Both the position numbers and the translations under genes were made by a program. Positions 19,696 through 28,730 of a stretch of 57,613 nucleotides of DNA are shown in pieces. This DNA is from Clostridiaceae bacterium. GTDB taxonomy: Bacteria; Bacillota; Clostridia; DSM-8532. The notes beneath the pieces were generated by a model. That model saw only the letters and a list, made by a program, of their open reading frames with translations. It was not told the origin of the DNA and made no database searches. The number at the start of each line of letters is the position of its first letter. The first letter of the stretch is position 1. Where the stretch lies: assembly GCA_012523705.1 (NCBI GenBank), contig JAAYTU010000089.1:1-57613 (forward strand). Direction: 5' to 3'.

Positions 19696-20250
19696 TTATT
19701 GATCACCCTTTGCCTTTATCTCAACTATCTCTCCAACATAAACCCTGTGATAATCTCCATCCTTATAATTCTTTTCAATAGCAGAGTCAAGAAAATTATC
19801 AGAGGATATATCCTGATAATATAGCTTTTTACATTCGATAATCAGCTTGGCCTGTTCATAACCAACAGAGCCATTTGATAAGGAGAAGGGGATAAGACCG
19901 GTTTCTTTAATTTTGTCAATATCTCTACCGGATTTTTTGCCACAGGTATTCAGAACACTTCTATACTCTTCATCAAAGAAGCTTAAAGAGAAATGATCAT
20001 TACTTTCCATAAATTCGTAAGTATAGCGGCTGGGCCTTACGAAAACAAAACAAACATTCTTACGCCAAAGAACACCCATTCCGCCCCAGCTGGCTGTCAT
20101 TGTATTAAACTTCTCAATATTTCCCGAGGAAATAAGCATCCAATCCTTGCCTATGAGTGAGAAGGGGTTTGGGTTCATTTCCTCGGCAGTAATAGTACTA
20201 AACTCGTTGTTCAAATTCGATCGCTCCTTTAATTCATTGTTAAATATCAA
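19696..20250 (-). CDS. flavin reductase-like (FMN-binding split-barrel) family protein
   Basis: 184 aa with the pattern NTMTASWGGMGVLW...VFVRPSRYTYEF typical of flavin-reductase-like domain proteins. The assignment is from remembered family resemblance only. Confidence 0.6.
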   Translation of the reverse strand: MIFNNELKERSNLNNEFSTITAEEMNPNPFSLIGKDWMLISSGNIEKFNTMTASWGGMGVLWRKNVCFVFVRPSRYTYEFMESNDHFSLSFFDEEYRSVLNTCGKKSGRDIDKIKETGLIPFSLSNGSVGYEQAKLIIECKKLYYQDISSDNFLDSAIEKNYKDGDYHRVYVGEIVEIKAKGDQ

Positions 20251-20462
20251 ATCCTAATTATCATTGAATATTATACCATATCGTGCAATCACATATTTCT
20301 ACAAATATAATATATGCAAAAACTATTGAAAAGCCACATCAACCTAAACAAGAAATATTCTTTACTTACTTCAAGTTTCTATATTTCGACAAATATCTTG
20401 GTTGACTAATACTTATACTTATGATAGTTTTATAACTTGCAAATATAAGATTTTCCACAATC

Positions 20463-21353
20463 ATGAGGATGATAATGTTAAAGAAATATCGCAAATTAAT
20501 ATATGTATTACTAATAGCTGTTTTCCTTGTATGCTTCTGGTTTTGGCAGAATGATTCGTTGCAGGTGACCAGGTTTATTATAAATTATGAAAATCTCCCT
20601 CAAGAGTTTGATGGTTACAGAATTGTACAGATAAGTGACATGCATGGGAAATATTTTGGTCGCAACAATAAGAGATTAGTTGACAGGATTAGCTCTTTAA
20701 AACCGGATATCTTGTTTGTTACAGGAGATATGATGACCTCGAATAAATATGATGGCCAGGCCTTTATTGATTTTCTCGAAGAGTTTGGTCAGCAATGTCC
20801 GGTATATATGTGTTTGGGTAACCATGAACAAATAGCCGGTATGATTGCAGGGGATGAGTATTATACTAGCTTTATAAAGAGTATACAAGAACATGGTGTA
20901 ATACTTTTAGATAATGAAAAGACGACATTAAAGAAAAAGGATGAATCGATTACGATTTCAGGGCTTACATTAGCTCTGTTCAGATATTCCAGACGGGATA
21001 AAGAATACTATGACGAAGCACTTTTTCTGACAGAGGCCGATATAGATTTATCCATCGGGGAGGCTGAAGAAGGTTTTAATATTATGCTTGCTCATAATCC
21101 TGTCTATTTCAGTGAATATGCCTCATGGGGGGCTGATTTGGTTTTGTCTGGGCATGTCCATGGTGGAATTATTCAGGTGCCTTTTAAAGGAGGATTATTA
21201 TCTCCAGAGCATGTATTCTTTCCTGAATATGATGCCGGTCTCTATGAAATAGAAGATTCAATAATGATAGTTAACCGGGGATTGGGTTCGTCAGGTGTGA
21301 ATTTTCGGCTTTTCAATAGGCCGGACATAACCTTTATTGAATTACGAAGGTAG
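20463..21353 (+). CDS. membrane-anchored metallophosphoesterase (YkuE-like)
   Basis: It has an N-terminal TM segment and the calcineurin-like motifs SDMHG, GDM, GNHE and GHVHGG. ATG 20475, after GAGGA at 20465-20469, is an alternative start. Confidence 0.8.
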   Translation: MRMIMLKKYRKLIYVLLIAVFLVCFWFWQNDSLQVTRFIINYENLPQEFDGYRIVQISDMHGKYFGRNNKRLVDRISSLKPDILFVTGDMMTSNKYDGQAFIDFLEEFGQQCPVYMCLGNHEQIAGMIAGDEYYTSFIKSIQEHGVILLDNEKTTLKKKDESITISGLTLALFRYSRRDKEYYDEALFLTEADIDLSIGEAEEGFNIMLAHNPVYFSEYASWGADLVLSGHVHGGIIQVPFKGGLLSPEHVFFPEYDAGLYEIEDSIMIVNRGLGSSGVNFRLFNRPDITFIELRR

Positions 21354-21509
21354 TTATAAACCAATAAGATTAATATATATCTGCAAATAAATCCCCTGTA
21401 TAATTATTCATTTATTACATATGTTTGCTTTTTACCTAAATCCATTATAAAATACATATATACACAATTCTTTCTTTGCCAACAACTTTTTTTTAGGATG
21501 AGATTTTTT

Positions 21510-22640
21510 ATGAAGAAAATCCTGTCTTTAGTTTTGGTACTGTCGATGATTCTAGCTTTACTTTCCGGTTGCGGAGCAAATAAAGCAGAAATTGCTCTTA
21601 TTACTGACAAAGGGAATATCGATGACAAATCTTTTAACCAGGGTTCATGGGAAGGCGTTGTAGAATTTGCTAAGAAAAACAACATCTCACACAAGTATTA
21701 TAAACCTGAGGATGCAACAGACGTAGCTTACTTAGCAGCTATCGATTTAGCTATTGCTGGCGGAGCAAAGGTTATTGTAACCCCGGGTTTCCTTTTTGAA
21801 GTACCTATCTATGAGGCACAAACCAGATATCCGGATATAAAATTCATCCTCTTGGATGGAGCACCCCGTACTGCTGATTATTCTGATTTTACAACAAAGG
21901 ATAATGTGGCCAGCATTATGTATTCTGAAGAAGAATCAGGATACCTTGCAGGTTATGCGGCAGTTAAGGATGGCATGACAAAGCTTGGATTTATGGGTGG
22001 TATGGCAGTTCCGGCTGTTCAGGCCTTCGGTTACGGATACCTGCAGGGAGCAGAGGATGCAGCTAAGGACCTGGGACTTGCCGATGGTGCTATTTCAGTT
22101 ACCTACCATTATACAGGTGACTTTGCTGAAACTGATACAAACAAGGCCACTGCAAAAACAATGTACCAGGAAGGTTCAGAAGTAATATTTGCCTGTGGCG
22201 GTTCTGTTGGTAAGAGCGTAATGGCTGCAGCTCAGGAAGCTGGACGGAAGGTAATTGGTGTTGACGTTGACCAAAGGTATGACAGCGAGACAGTTATTAC
22301 TTCAGCAACTAAAGGTCTTGCTGCTTCTGTTATACAGGTATTGGAATCTATCTATCTTACTAATTCATGGAGTAAATTTGGTGGCAAAACAACATATTTC
22401 AGTGCAGAGAATGATGGCGTTGGACTGCCGACAGTTGTTATAGGGGATGACAATGCCGATGCATTTGACAGATTCTCAAAATTCAACAAAGCAGAATATG
22501 ATACAGTATTCGCAAGACTAGTTGACGGCTCTGTAGATCCAATCAGAACAATTGACATTGAAGATCCTAATGGTTATGCAACTTCAGAAGAACTGACAGA
22601 TGGTTTAAATCTGGTTAAGGTATCGGTTACAACCAGATAA
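21510..22640 (+). CDS. BMP-family ABC transporter substrate-binding lipoprotein (nucleoside-binding type)
   Basis: From ATG 21510 the product begins MKKILSLVLVLSMILALLSGCG (signal peptide plus lipobox LSGC). The body resembles Bmp/PnrA/Med-type binding proteins. The track start at 21498 lacks an SD. Confidence 0.85.
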   Translation: MKKILSLVLVLSMILALLSGCGANKAEIALITDKGNIDDKSFNQGSWEGVVEFAKKNNISHKYYKPEDATDVAYLAAIDLAIAGGAKVIVTPGFLFEVPIYEAQTRYPDIKFILLDGAPRTADYSDFTTKDNVASIMYSEEESGYLAGYAAVKDGMTKLGFMGGMAVPAVQAFGYGYLQGAEDAAKDLGLADGAISVTYHYTGDFAETDTNKATAKTMYQEGSEVIFACGGSVGKSVMAAAQEAGRKVIGVDVDQRYDSETVITSATKGLAASVIQVLESIYLTNSWSKFGGKTTYFSAENDGVGLPTVVIGDDNADAFDRFSKFNKAEYDTVFARLVDGSVDPIRTIDIEDPNGYATSEELTDGLNLVKVSVTTR

Positions 22641-22708
22641 TTATTAATCTGTATTTATAAAATTACCTAACATGTTGGCCGAGCCTTATGTAAGGAAAAC
22701 ATGACACA

Positions 22709-22745
22709 GGGGAAGGCAGAAGGCTTTCCCCTTTTCTTTATTTTC
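22709..22745 (+). terminator. intra-operon hairpin plus U-tract between binding-protein and ATPase genes (partial terminator/attenuator)
   Basis: GGGGAAGGC (22709-22717), loop AGAAG, GCTTTCCCC (22723-22731). This is a 9-bp stem with one G-U pair, followed by TTTTCTTTATTTT. Confidence 0.6.
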
Positions 22746-22779
22746 AAACTTTAACTCATATTTATTACAAGGGGTAGCT

Positions 22780-24327
22780 ATGGAAGATTATATTATTGAG
22801 ATGCTCAATATTACTAAAGAGTTTCCCGGTGTAGTGGCAAATGATAATGTAACTCTGCGTTTAAGAAGAGGAGAAATACATGCACTCCTGGGGGAAAATG
22901 GTGCGGGGAAATCCACATTAATGAGTGTATTATTTGGATTATATCAGGCAGAAAAGGGTGAGATCAGAAAAAATGGCCAGCCTGTGCAAATAAATAATCC
23001 AAATGACGCTACGGCTTTAGGCATAGGCATGGTTCATCAGCATTTTAAGCTCGTTGAGATTTTTACTGTTCTGGAGAATATTATTCTGGGTGTAGAACCT
23101 ACTCAAAGAGGATTTTTGCAGACTAGGGAAGCCCATAAAAAGCTGTTGGAATTGAGTGAAAAATATGGTCTGAGGGTTAACCCGGATGCTATTATTGAAA
23201 AAATATCTGTTGGCATGCAGCAAAGGGTTGAAATTCTTAAAATGCTGTTCCGTGACAGCGAGATACTTATTTTTGACGAACCTACTGCGGTACTTACACC
23301 CCAGGAAATTGATGAACTGATGAATATTATGCGCAACTTTGCTAAAGAGGGTAAGTCAATTCTGTTTATTACTCATAAGCTTAACGAGATAATGTCTGTA
23401 GCTGATCGTTGCACCGTACTGTGGAAGGGTAAATGTATAGGAACTGTTGATATAAAGGATACCACTAAAGAGGAATTGTCACGCATGATGGTAGGGCGTG
23501 ATGTTACCTTTAAGGTTGAGAAGAAAGAAAAGGAGCCCGGTGAGGTAGTTCTTTCGGTAAAAAATATGTCTGCGCCTTCAGCACATCATAAAAATAATGC
23601 TGTTAACAATGTGTCCTTTGATGTAAGAGCAGGTGAAATAGTTTGTCTTGCTGGTATTGATGGCAATGGACAAAATGAGTTTGTTGAGGCACTGACAGGT
23701 CTGGGAAAGACAAGTGCCGGCACAATTGAGCTTTGTGGTAAGAATATTACTAAACTTAATATAAGAAAAAGATCAAAAATTGGGATGAGTCATATCCCTG
23801 AGGACAGGCACAGATATGGTCTTGTGCTTGACTATACTCTCGAAGAAAACTTAGTATTACAGCGTTATTGGGAGCCGGAATTACAAAACAAAGGCTTCAT
23901 AAGGAAAAACAAGGTACGGGAATATGCCGAAAGATTAATCGATCAATATGATGTTCGAAGTGGACGGGGTCCTGTAACTCTTATGCGCAGCATGTCAGGT
24001 GGGAATCAGCAAAAGGCCATTATTGCCAGAGAGCTTGATAAAGAACATAAGCTTATTGTTGCTGTACAGCCTACTCGAGGCCTTGATGTAGGGGCAATTG
24101 AGTATGTTCATAAACAGCTGGTAGCAAGCAGAGATGCCGGCAATGCAGTTTTACTTGTATCCCTAGAGCTTGACGAGGTTATGAATGTCAGTGATCGTAT
24201 TCTTGTTATGTATGAGGGAGAAATAGTAGGAGAGCTTAATCCTGAAACCACAACTGTCGAGGAACTCGGGCTTTATATGTCTGGTGCAAAACGCGATGAC
24301 TTAAAGGAGAATAAAAATGCAGTTTGA
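22780..24327 (+). CDS. ABC transporter ATP-binding protein (duplicated ATPase, nucleoside/sugar type)
   Basis: 515 aa with two ABC cassettes: Walker A GENGAGKST, signature VGMQQRVEI and Walker B ILIFDEPT, then a second signature SGGNQQK with a degenerate second Walker A. Confidence 0.9.
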   Translation: MEDYIIEMLNITKEFPGVVANDNVTLRLRRGEIHALLGENGAGKSTLMSVLFGLYQAEKGEIRKNGQPVQINNPNDATALGIGMVHQHFKLVEIFTVLENIILGVEPTQRGFLQTREAHKKLLELSEKYGLRVNPDAIIEKISVGMQQRVEILKMLFRDSEILIFDEPTAVLTPQEIDELMNIMRNFAKEGKSILFITHKLNEIMSVADRCTVLWKGKCIGTVDIKDTTKEELSRMMVGRDVTFKVEKKEKEPGEVVLSVKNMSAPSAHHKNNAVNNVSFDVRAGEIVCLAGIDGNGQNEFVEALTGLGKTSAGTIELCGKNITKLNIRKRSKIGMSHIPEDRHRYGLVLDYTLEENLVLQRYWEPELQNKGFIRKNKVREYAERLIDQYDVRSGRGPVTLMRSMSGGNQQKAIIARELDKEHKLIVAVQPTRGLDVGAIEYVHKQLVASRDAGNAVLLVSLELDEVMNVSDRILVMYEGEIVGELNPETTTVEELGLYMSGAKRDDLKENKNAV

Positions 24328-25549
24328 TATAAAGAAGATTACTAATAGTAAAGGCTTTTCAGCATTTACTTCTGCCTTTTTAGCTATTATATTGGGGCTT
24401 ATTTTTGGGTTTATTGTAATGCTTTTTGCAAGTCCGGCAGATTCCTTACCTGGTTTTCAGACATTGCTTTTCGGTGGGTTAAGTCGGCTAGGAGATGTGA
24501 TCTATTATGCAACCCCCATCCTTATGACAGGACTAGCAGTGGGATTTGCATTTAAAATGGGGCTATTCAACATTGGTGCTTCAGGGCAATACACTATGGG
24601 AATGTTCTTTGCTCTATATGTAGGATTTATGTGGAAGCTGCCAAGCAGCATACATTGGATTGCCTGTATACTGGCAGGACTTCTGGGGGGAATGATTTGG
24701 GGATTTATCCCTGGCTTCTTTAAGGCGTTGTTTAACGTTAATGAAGTTATTACATCTATTATGTTTAACTATATTGGCATGTATCTGGTGGACATGCTTA
24801 TTTCCAATAATGCTAAGATGTATATTTCAACTATGGCAAGAACAGCATATCTTCCACAGAGTGTACAAATTCCGTCATTAGGAATTAGAAACTCAAGTGC
24901 TAATATTTCCTTTATCTTTGCAATACTAATTGCCATACTACTTTATACTATATTGCAAAAGACTACCTTCGGATATGAGTTGAAGGCTACAGGATATAAT
25001 AAGGATGCCGCCCTTTATGCCGGCATGAACAGTAAACGGAATATTATTCTCACAATGATTATCGGCGGAGGACTGGCAGGACTAGGCGGAGCATTTTATA
25101 TTCTTGCTCCTTCCACAATAACGGGTAGCAGCATGACCTATGAACCTATCAATGTAATTGCTGCTGCCGGATTTACCGGAATTGCTGTAGCACTATTAGG
25201 AAACTCAAATCCCATAGGTATAATTTTTTCAGCATTATTTATATCATATATTCAACGGGGAGGCACCTTAACAAGTCTCCATGGATATAAGCCGGAGATA
25301 ATCGATGTTGTTATTGCTGTAATAATTTATTTCTCTGCCTTTGCCATTATTATGAACACCGCATTTGTTAGGCTGTTGAAAAGGAGAAAAGAGAAAAAGA
25401 ATGCAGACAGCACCGACGAAGAGGACAATGTTGATGAAAGCAGACTCATTAAGGATCAGGCATTGGATAGAGAGCAAACAGAAGAACAACCTCCGGATGA
25501 TGTTTTAACGGTAGATTCCACTTCAGAAAATATAAAGGAGGAGGCGTAA
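24317..25549 (+). CDS. ABC transporter permease (BMP/nucleoside system) with acidic C-terminal tail
   Basis: 410-aa polytopic membrane protein. Its start overlaps the ATPase stop by 11 nt. The C-terminal ~55 residues (RRKEKKNADSTDEEDNVDES...ENIKEEA) are hydrophilic and acidic. Confidence 0.85.
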   Translation: MQFDIKKITNSKGFSAFTSAFLAIILGLIFGFIVMLFASPADSLPGFQTLLFGGLSRLGDVIYYATPILMTGLAVGFAFKMGLFNIGASGQYTMGMFFALYVGFMWKLPSSIHWIACILAGLLGGMIWGFIPGFFKALFNVNEVITSIMFNYIGMYLVDMLISNNAKMYISTMARTAYLPQSVQIPSLGIRNSSANISFIFAILIAILLYTILQKTTFGYELKATGYNKDAALYAGMNSKRNIILTMIIGGGLAGLGGAFYILAPSTITGSSMTYEPINVIAAAGFTGIAVALLGNSNPIGIIFSALFISYIQRGGTLTSLHGYKPEIIDVVIAVIIYFSAFAIIMNTAFVRLLKRRKEKKNADSTDEEDNVDESRLIKDQALDREQTEEQPPDDVLTVDSTSENIKEEA

Positions 25550-25551
25550 GT

Positions 25552-26517
25552 ATGGAAACGTTGTACTACTTAATTCAAAATACGCTTCCGGTGGCCGTCC
25601 CATTACTATTGGTGGCACTTGGTGGCATGTTCAGTGAACGAAGTGGCGTAATCAATATTGCCCTTGAAGGTATTATGCTCTTTGGGGCATACTTTGGATG
25701 TCTGTTTGTTTATTTTGTTCAGGGCACGCATATGAATGCTCAATTAATTCTTATTTTGGCAATGCTTGTTTCGGCTGTGACAGGCTTAATCTACTCCTTG
25801 CTTCTGTCATTTGCCGCAATAAATATGAAGGCTGACCAGACTATAGCTGGAACAGCTCTTAACATGCTGATTCCTGCAGGAGTATTGCTGTTCTCAAAAA
25901 TGTTTTTTAACAGTGATGGAGTAACCACTAATGTTCCTTTTTATTTGAGAAAGGTTGGAAGACTAAGTGAAATACCTATTCTGGGAAAACTATTCTTCCA
26001 GAATACTTATATAACTGTTTATATTGGCCTTATACTTTATATTATTGCTACTATATTCCTTTATAAGACAAAATTCGGCTTAAGACTTCGTGCCTGTGGA
26101 GAGCATCCCCATGCAGCCGATTCTGTAGGCATAAATGTATATAAAATGAGATACCTGGGTGTCAGCATTTCAGGTATTTTAGGTGGAATTGGCGGATTCT
26201 TCTATGCTGTGGGTGTAATGGATGGAAACACTAATGGTCATACAGGGGTTGCAGGCTTTGGATTTTTAGCCATAGCAGTTATGATATTCGGTCAGTGGCA
26301 GCCCTTTAAGATAATGTTGGCCGCCTTACTCTTCGCATTTTTAAGAACCTTGGCTTATTCTGTGCCGCTTATTCCTTTCATTAGTCAACTTAACATTAAT
26401 CAGACATTTTATAAAATGCTGCCCTATATAGTAACTATGATTGTTCTGGCATTCACATCCAAGCATTCAAGAGCACCAAAGGCTGCAGGGGTTCCCTATG
26501 ACAAGAGCCAGAGATAA
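25552..26517 (+). CDS. ABC transporter permease (BMP/nucleoside system)
   Basis: 321-aa polytopic membrane protein starting 2 nt after the previous stop. It is the fourth gene of the transporter operon. Confidence 0.85.
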   Translation: METLYYLIQNTLPVAVPLLLVALGGMFSERSGVINIALEGIMLFGAYFGCLFVYFVQGTHMNAQLILILAMLVSAVTGLIYSLLLSFAAINMKADQTIAGTALNMLIPAGVLLFSKMFFNSDGVTTNVPFYLRKVGRLSEIPILGKLFFQNTYITVYIGLILYIIATIFLYKTKFGLRLRACGEHPHAADSVGINVYKMRYLGVSISGILGGIGGFFYAVGVMDGNTNGHTGVAGFGFLAIAVMIFGQWQPFKIMLAALLFAFLRTLAYSVPLIPFISQLNINQTFYKMLPYIVTMIVLAFTSKHSRAPKAAGVPYDKSQR

Positions 26518-26574
26518 TTGTAAGAATAATAGTAAACAGATTGTCTACATTAATGTATAATGGTAGAATCAGAT

Positions 26575-26629
26575 AAGTGAAGCTGCTTGAAATAATGAAA
26601 GCATTTTTATATTTCATGTAGCTTCACTT
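26575..26629 (+). terminator. long imperfect hairpin downstream of the ABC operon (probable terminator)
   Basis: AAGTGAAGCT (26575-26584) pairs with AGCTTCACTT (26620-26629). An inner helix TGAAATA/TATTTCA is also present. There is no clean U-tract (followed by AATTAAAA). Confidence 0.4.
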
Positions 26630-26664
26630 AATTAAAATAATAATTAAACTTATTGGAGGAATCA

Positions 26665-27168
26665 ATGGGAAAGTTATTGGCCCCTAATGCCTATGTAGAT
26701 TCAATTTTTGACATTACTGCTGAGGGATTAAAAGATCGAGGGCTTTATGGGGTAATACTTGACATAGACAATACTCTTGTAGCAACACATGTAAAGGAAG
26801 CCGATGAAAAAATCATCGGATATATAGGCACACTAAAAGAAAAGGATATTAAATGCATTATCGTATCTAATGGCGCTAAAGACAGGGTAGAGCATTTTTG
26901 TAAGCCACTAGGAATTGAGTTTGTATACAAAGCCTTAAAGCCTCTTGGACGGGGCTTTAATACTGCAATCGAAAAACTCGGACTGCCTCCTGAAAATATT
27001 GCAATCATTGGCGATCAACTCTTTACTGATGTTTTGGGGGGTAATCTTAAAGGAATTCATACTATACTTGTTAAGCCCATAGATTTAAACGAGCCCTTTT
27101 TAATAAAATTAAAACGCATTTTTGAATTTCCCTTTTTGCGCAATAAAAATTATACAGATAAATATTAA
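26665..27168 (+). CDS. YqeG-family HAD-IIIA phosphatase
   Basis: HAD motifs are present: motif I ILDIDNTLV, VSNG, and motif IV IGDQLFTD. ATG 26665 lies 5 nt after GGAGGA; the track start TTG 26653 overlaps that SD. Confidence 0.8.
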   Translation: MGKLLAPNAYVDSIFDITAEGLKDRGLYGVILDIDNTLVATHVKEADEKIIGYIGTLKEKDIKCIIVSNGAKDRVEHFCKPLGIEFVYKALKPLGRGFNTAIEKLGLPPENIAIIGDQLFTDVLGGNLKGIHTILVKPIDLNEPFLIKLKRIFEFPFLRNKNYTDKY

Positions 27169-27181
27169 TTCCTTTTTCATC

Positions 27182-27210
27182 TTGTCATCAAGCAAGTTTT
27201 CGTGTATACT
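27182..27210 (+). promoter_or_regulatory. sigma-A-like promoter for tRNA-Leu
   Basis: TTGTCA (27182-27187), 17 nt, TATACT (27205-27210), about 20 nt upstream of the mature tRNA 5' end. Confidence 0.5.
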
Positions 27211-27230
27211 ATTTTTTGCTGAAGATTTGT

Positions 27231-27317
27231 GCGAAAGTGGTGGAACTGGCAGACTCGCTAGATTCAGGTTCTAGTGCTCGCAAGGGCGTGCGGGTTCAAA
27301 TCCCGCCTTTCGCACCA
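27231..27317 (+). tRNA. tRNA-Leu (anticodon CAG), class II with long variable arm, CCA encoded
   Basis: The cloverleaf was read by hand. Acceptor GCGAAAG/CTTTCGC; anticodon stem CTAGA/TCTAG with loop TTCAGGT (CAG); variable arm GCTC-GCAA-GGGC; T arm GCGGG-TTCAAAT-CCCGC; discriminator A plus CCA. The D stem has one U-U mismatch (position 11/24). Confidence 0.9.
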
Positions 27318-27318
27318 T

Positions 27319-27371
27319 ACCGGACATCAATTTTGATACAATAAATATCACGATTGGTGTCCGGTTTTTTT
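27319..27371 (+). terminator. intrinsic terminator after tRNA-Leu
   Basis: ACCGGACATCAA (27319-27330) pairs with TTGGTGTCCGGT (27354-27365), giving 12 bp with one G-U. The loop is 23 nt, and TTTTTT follows at 27366-27371. It lies between the tRNA and the convergent mscS-like gene. Confidence 0.65.
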
Positions 27372-27403
27372 ATAATAGTACCTATTTACAAGGGCTTCCC
27401 ATA

Positions 27404-28540
27404 TTATTTATGGGGAACATAAACATTGCCTGTCTCATCTGAATGGGACACAGAACCGTCCCTAGTCTCTCCTGCAACAAGAATTCTGCGGGGAGGAAGT
27501 ATCTTAACTCCGACCTCTTCGAAGATTTTGATCATTTTTATATTAATGTCCTCGGAGACCTCCAAATAGTTTAGATAAGCTGTGGTTTTTGTAAAATAGT
27601 ACACTAGCACTTTTAGAGAAGCGTCCTCGAAACCGTTTAACTGAACAACCTTGTAATCCTGATTTACACCTTCATGGTTCTCCAGTAAATCTCTTATTCT
27701 ATTCAGTAAGTCAGTAATTTTCTCAGAAGGGGTATTAATGGGGATATTCAGATTGAAGCTTACTCTTCTTTTGCCCATTTTGGTCCAATTGGTAACAGGT
27801 TCATTACTCAAAATGGAATTTGGTACAATTGTTAAGGCGTTGGAAAAAGTTCTTATTTTTGTACTTCTAAACCCGATTTCTTCAACAAATCCTTCAACAG
27901 AATCGGTTTGTATCCAATCACCAATATCATAGGTCTTATCGGCCATGATTGTAACACTGCCTAAGAAGTTTGAAGCAGCATCCTTTGCAGCAAGAGATAT
28001 TGCGAGGCCTCCAATACCAAGGCCTGTAATCAAGCCGGTAACATCAAATCCCCATTCCTTAATTATCATAAAGATTTCTATAATAATGATTACAACTTTT
28101 AAGCTTTTACGGAAAAGTCCTGTCAACACAGGGCTGACCTTTTTCTCAGATTTGTTTACAAAGTTCCCAAATAAGATTGCCACACAGTCAGCTGCCTTAT
28201 AAAAAAAGTAGAATAGCACTACTATAAAAAAAGTTCTGAATAGACGGTTGAAGGTGGCTTGAATTGTCAAAGGAAGAGCAAGAATACTTAACGCCATCCA
28301 GACACTGAGTCCAAAAATAAATATCTGAGCAGGCTTTTCTAAAGCTGTTAATATGAGATCACCCAGATTATTTTTTGTTTTTGTCGTAATTTTACGCAAA
28401 ACCTTAATAACCCATTTTATGATTATTTTTCTCAATAAGAATCCAAGTAAAACAATTACTAAGGCAAGAATAATTCTTATTAAGAAAGGCTGGACATTGA
28501 TGTATTTATTAAAAAAAGTAATAAGATCATTTAAACTCAT
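27404..28540 (-). CDS. mechanosensitive ion channel family protein (MscS-like)
   Basis: 378 aa with N-terminal TM helices followed by the MscS beta-domain pattern YDIGDWIQTDSVEGFVEEIGFRSTKIRTFSNALTIVPNS. Confidence 0.85.
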   Translation of the reverse strand: MSLNDLITFFNKYINVQPFLIRIILALVIVLLGFLLRKIIIKWVIKVLRKITTKTKNNLGDLILTALEKPAQIFIFGLSVWMALSILALPLTIQATFNRLFRTFFIVVLFYFFYKAADCVAILFGNFVNKSEKKVSPVLTGLFRKSLKVVIIIIEIFMIIKEWGFDVTGLITGLGIGGLAISLAAKDAASNFLGSVTIMADKTYDIGDWIQTDSVEGFVEEIGFRSTKIRTFSNALTIVPNSILSNEPVTNWTKMGKRRVSFNLNIPINTPSEKITDLLNRIRDLLENHEGVNQDYKVVQLNGFEDASLKVLVYYFTKTTAYLNYLEVSEDINIKMIKIFEEVGVKILPPRRILVAGETRDGSVSHSDETGNVYVPHK

Positions 28541-28633
28541 TGCTGTACCTCCTAAATACTATTATATAAAAGATTAATAATGATTCAAGTTTATTAATTT
28601 AATTATTGAAAATGGTGGTATAAATAGAAAAAG

Positions 28634-28651
28634 ACAGGCATAACAGGCATA
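28634..28651. repeat. perfect 9-bp tandem duplication ACAGGCATA x2 in divergent promoter region
   Basis: ACAGGCATA at 28634-28642 is repeated exactly at 28643-28651, between the mscS-like start and the MoxR-operon promoter. Confidence 0.5.
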
Positions 28652-28670
28652 ATAAAAGCACAATTAGTGT

Positions 28671-28699
28671 TTGTAACATTTTTCAATTTATTATATAAT
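28671..28699 (+). promoter_or_regulatory. sigma-A-like promoter for the MoxR-DUF58-transglutaminase operon
   Basis: TTGTAA (28671-28676), 17 nt, TATAAT (28694-28699), 32 nt upstream of the MoxR ATG. Confidence 0.5.
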
Positions 28700-28730
28700 T
28701 ATTCTAATAATTTTTTGGTGGAGAGAATGT

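Noticed and set aside
21404-21694. 96-aa minus-strand ORF overlapping the start of the BMP lipoprotein gene.
   Set aside because: It is antisense to a clear signal peptide and lipobox coding region and to its promoter. There is no SD or motifs.
26540-26575. Promoter-like TTGTCT-N17-TAGAAT located just before the large hairpin downstream of the ABC operon (possible regulated leader for yqeG).
   Set aside because: The hexamers are weak and the hairpin is more simply explained as the ABC operon terminator. No alternative antiterminator pairing was found by eye.
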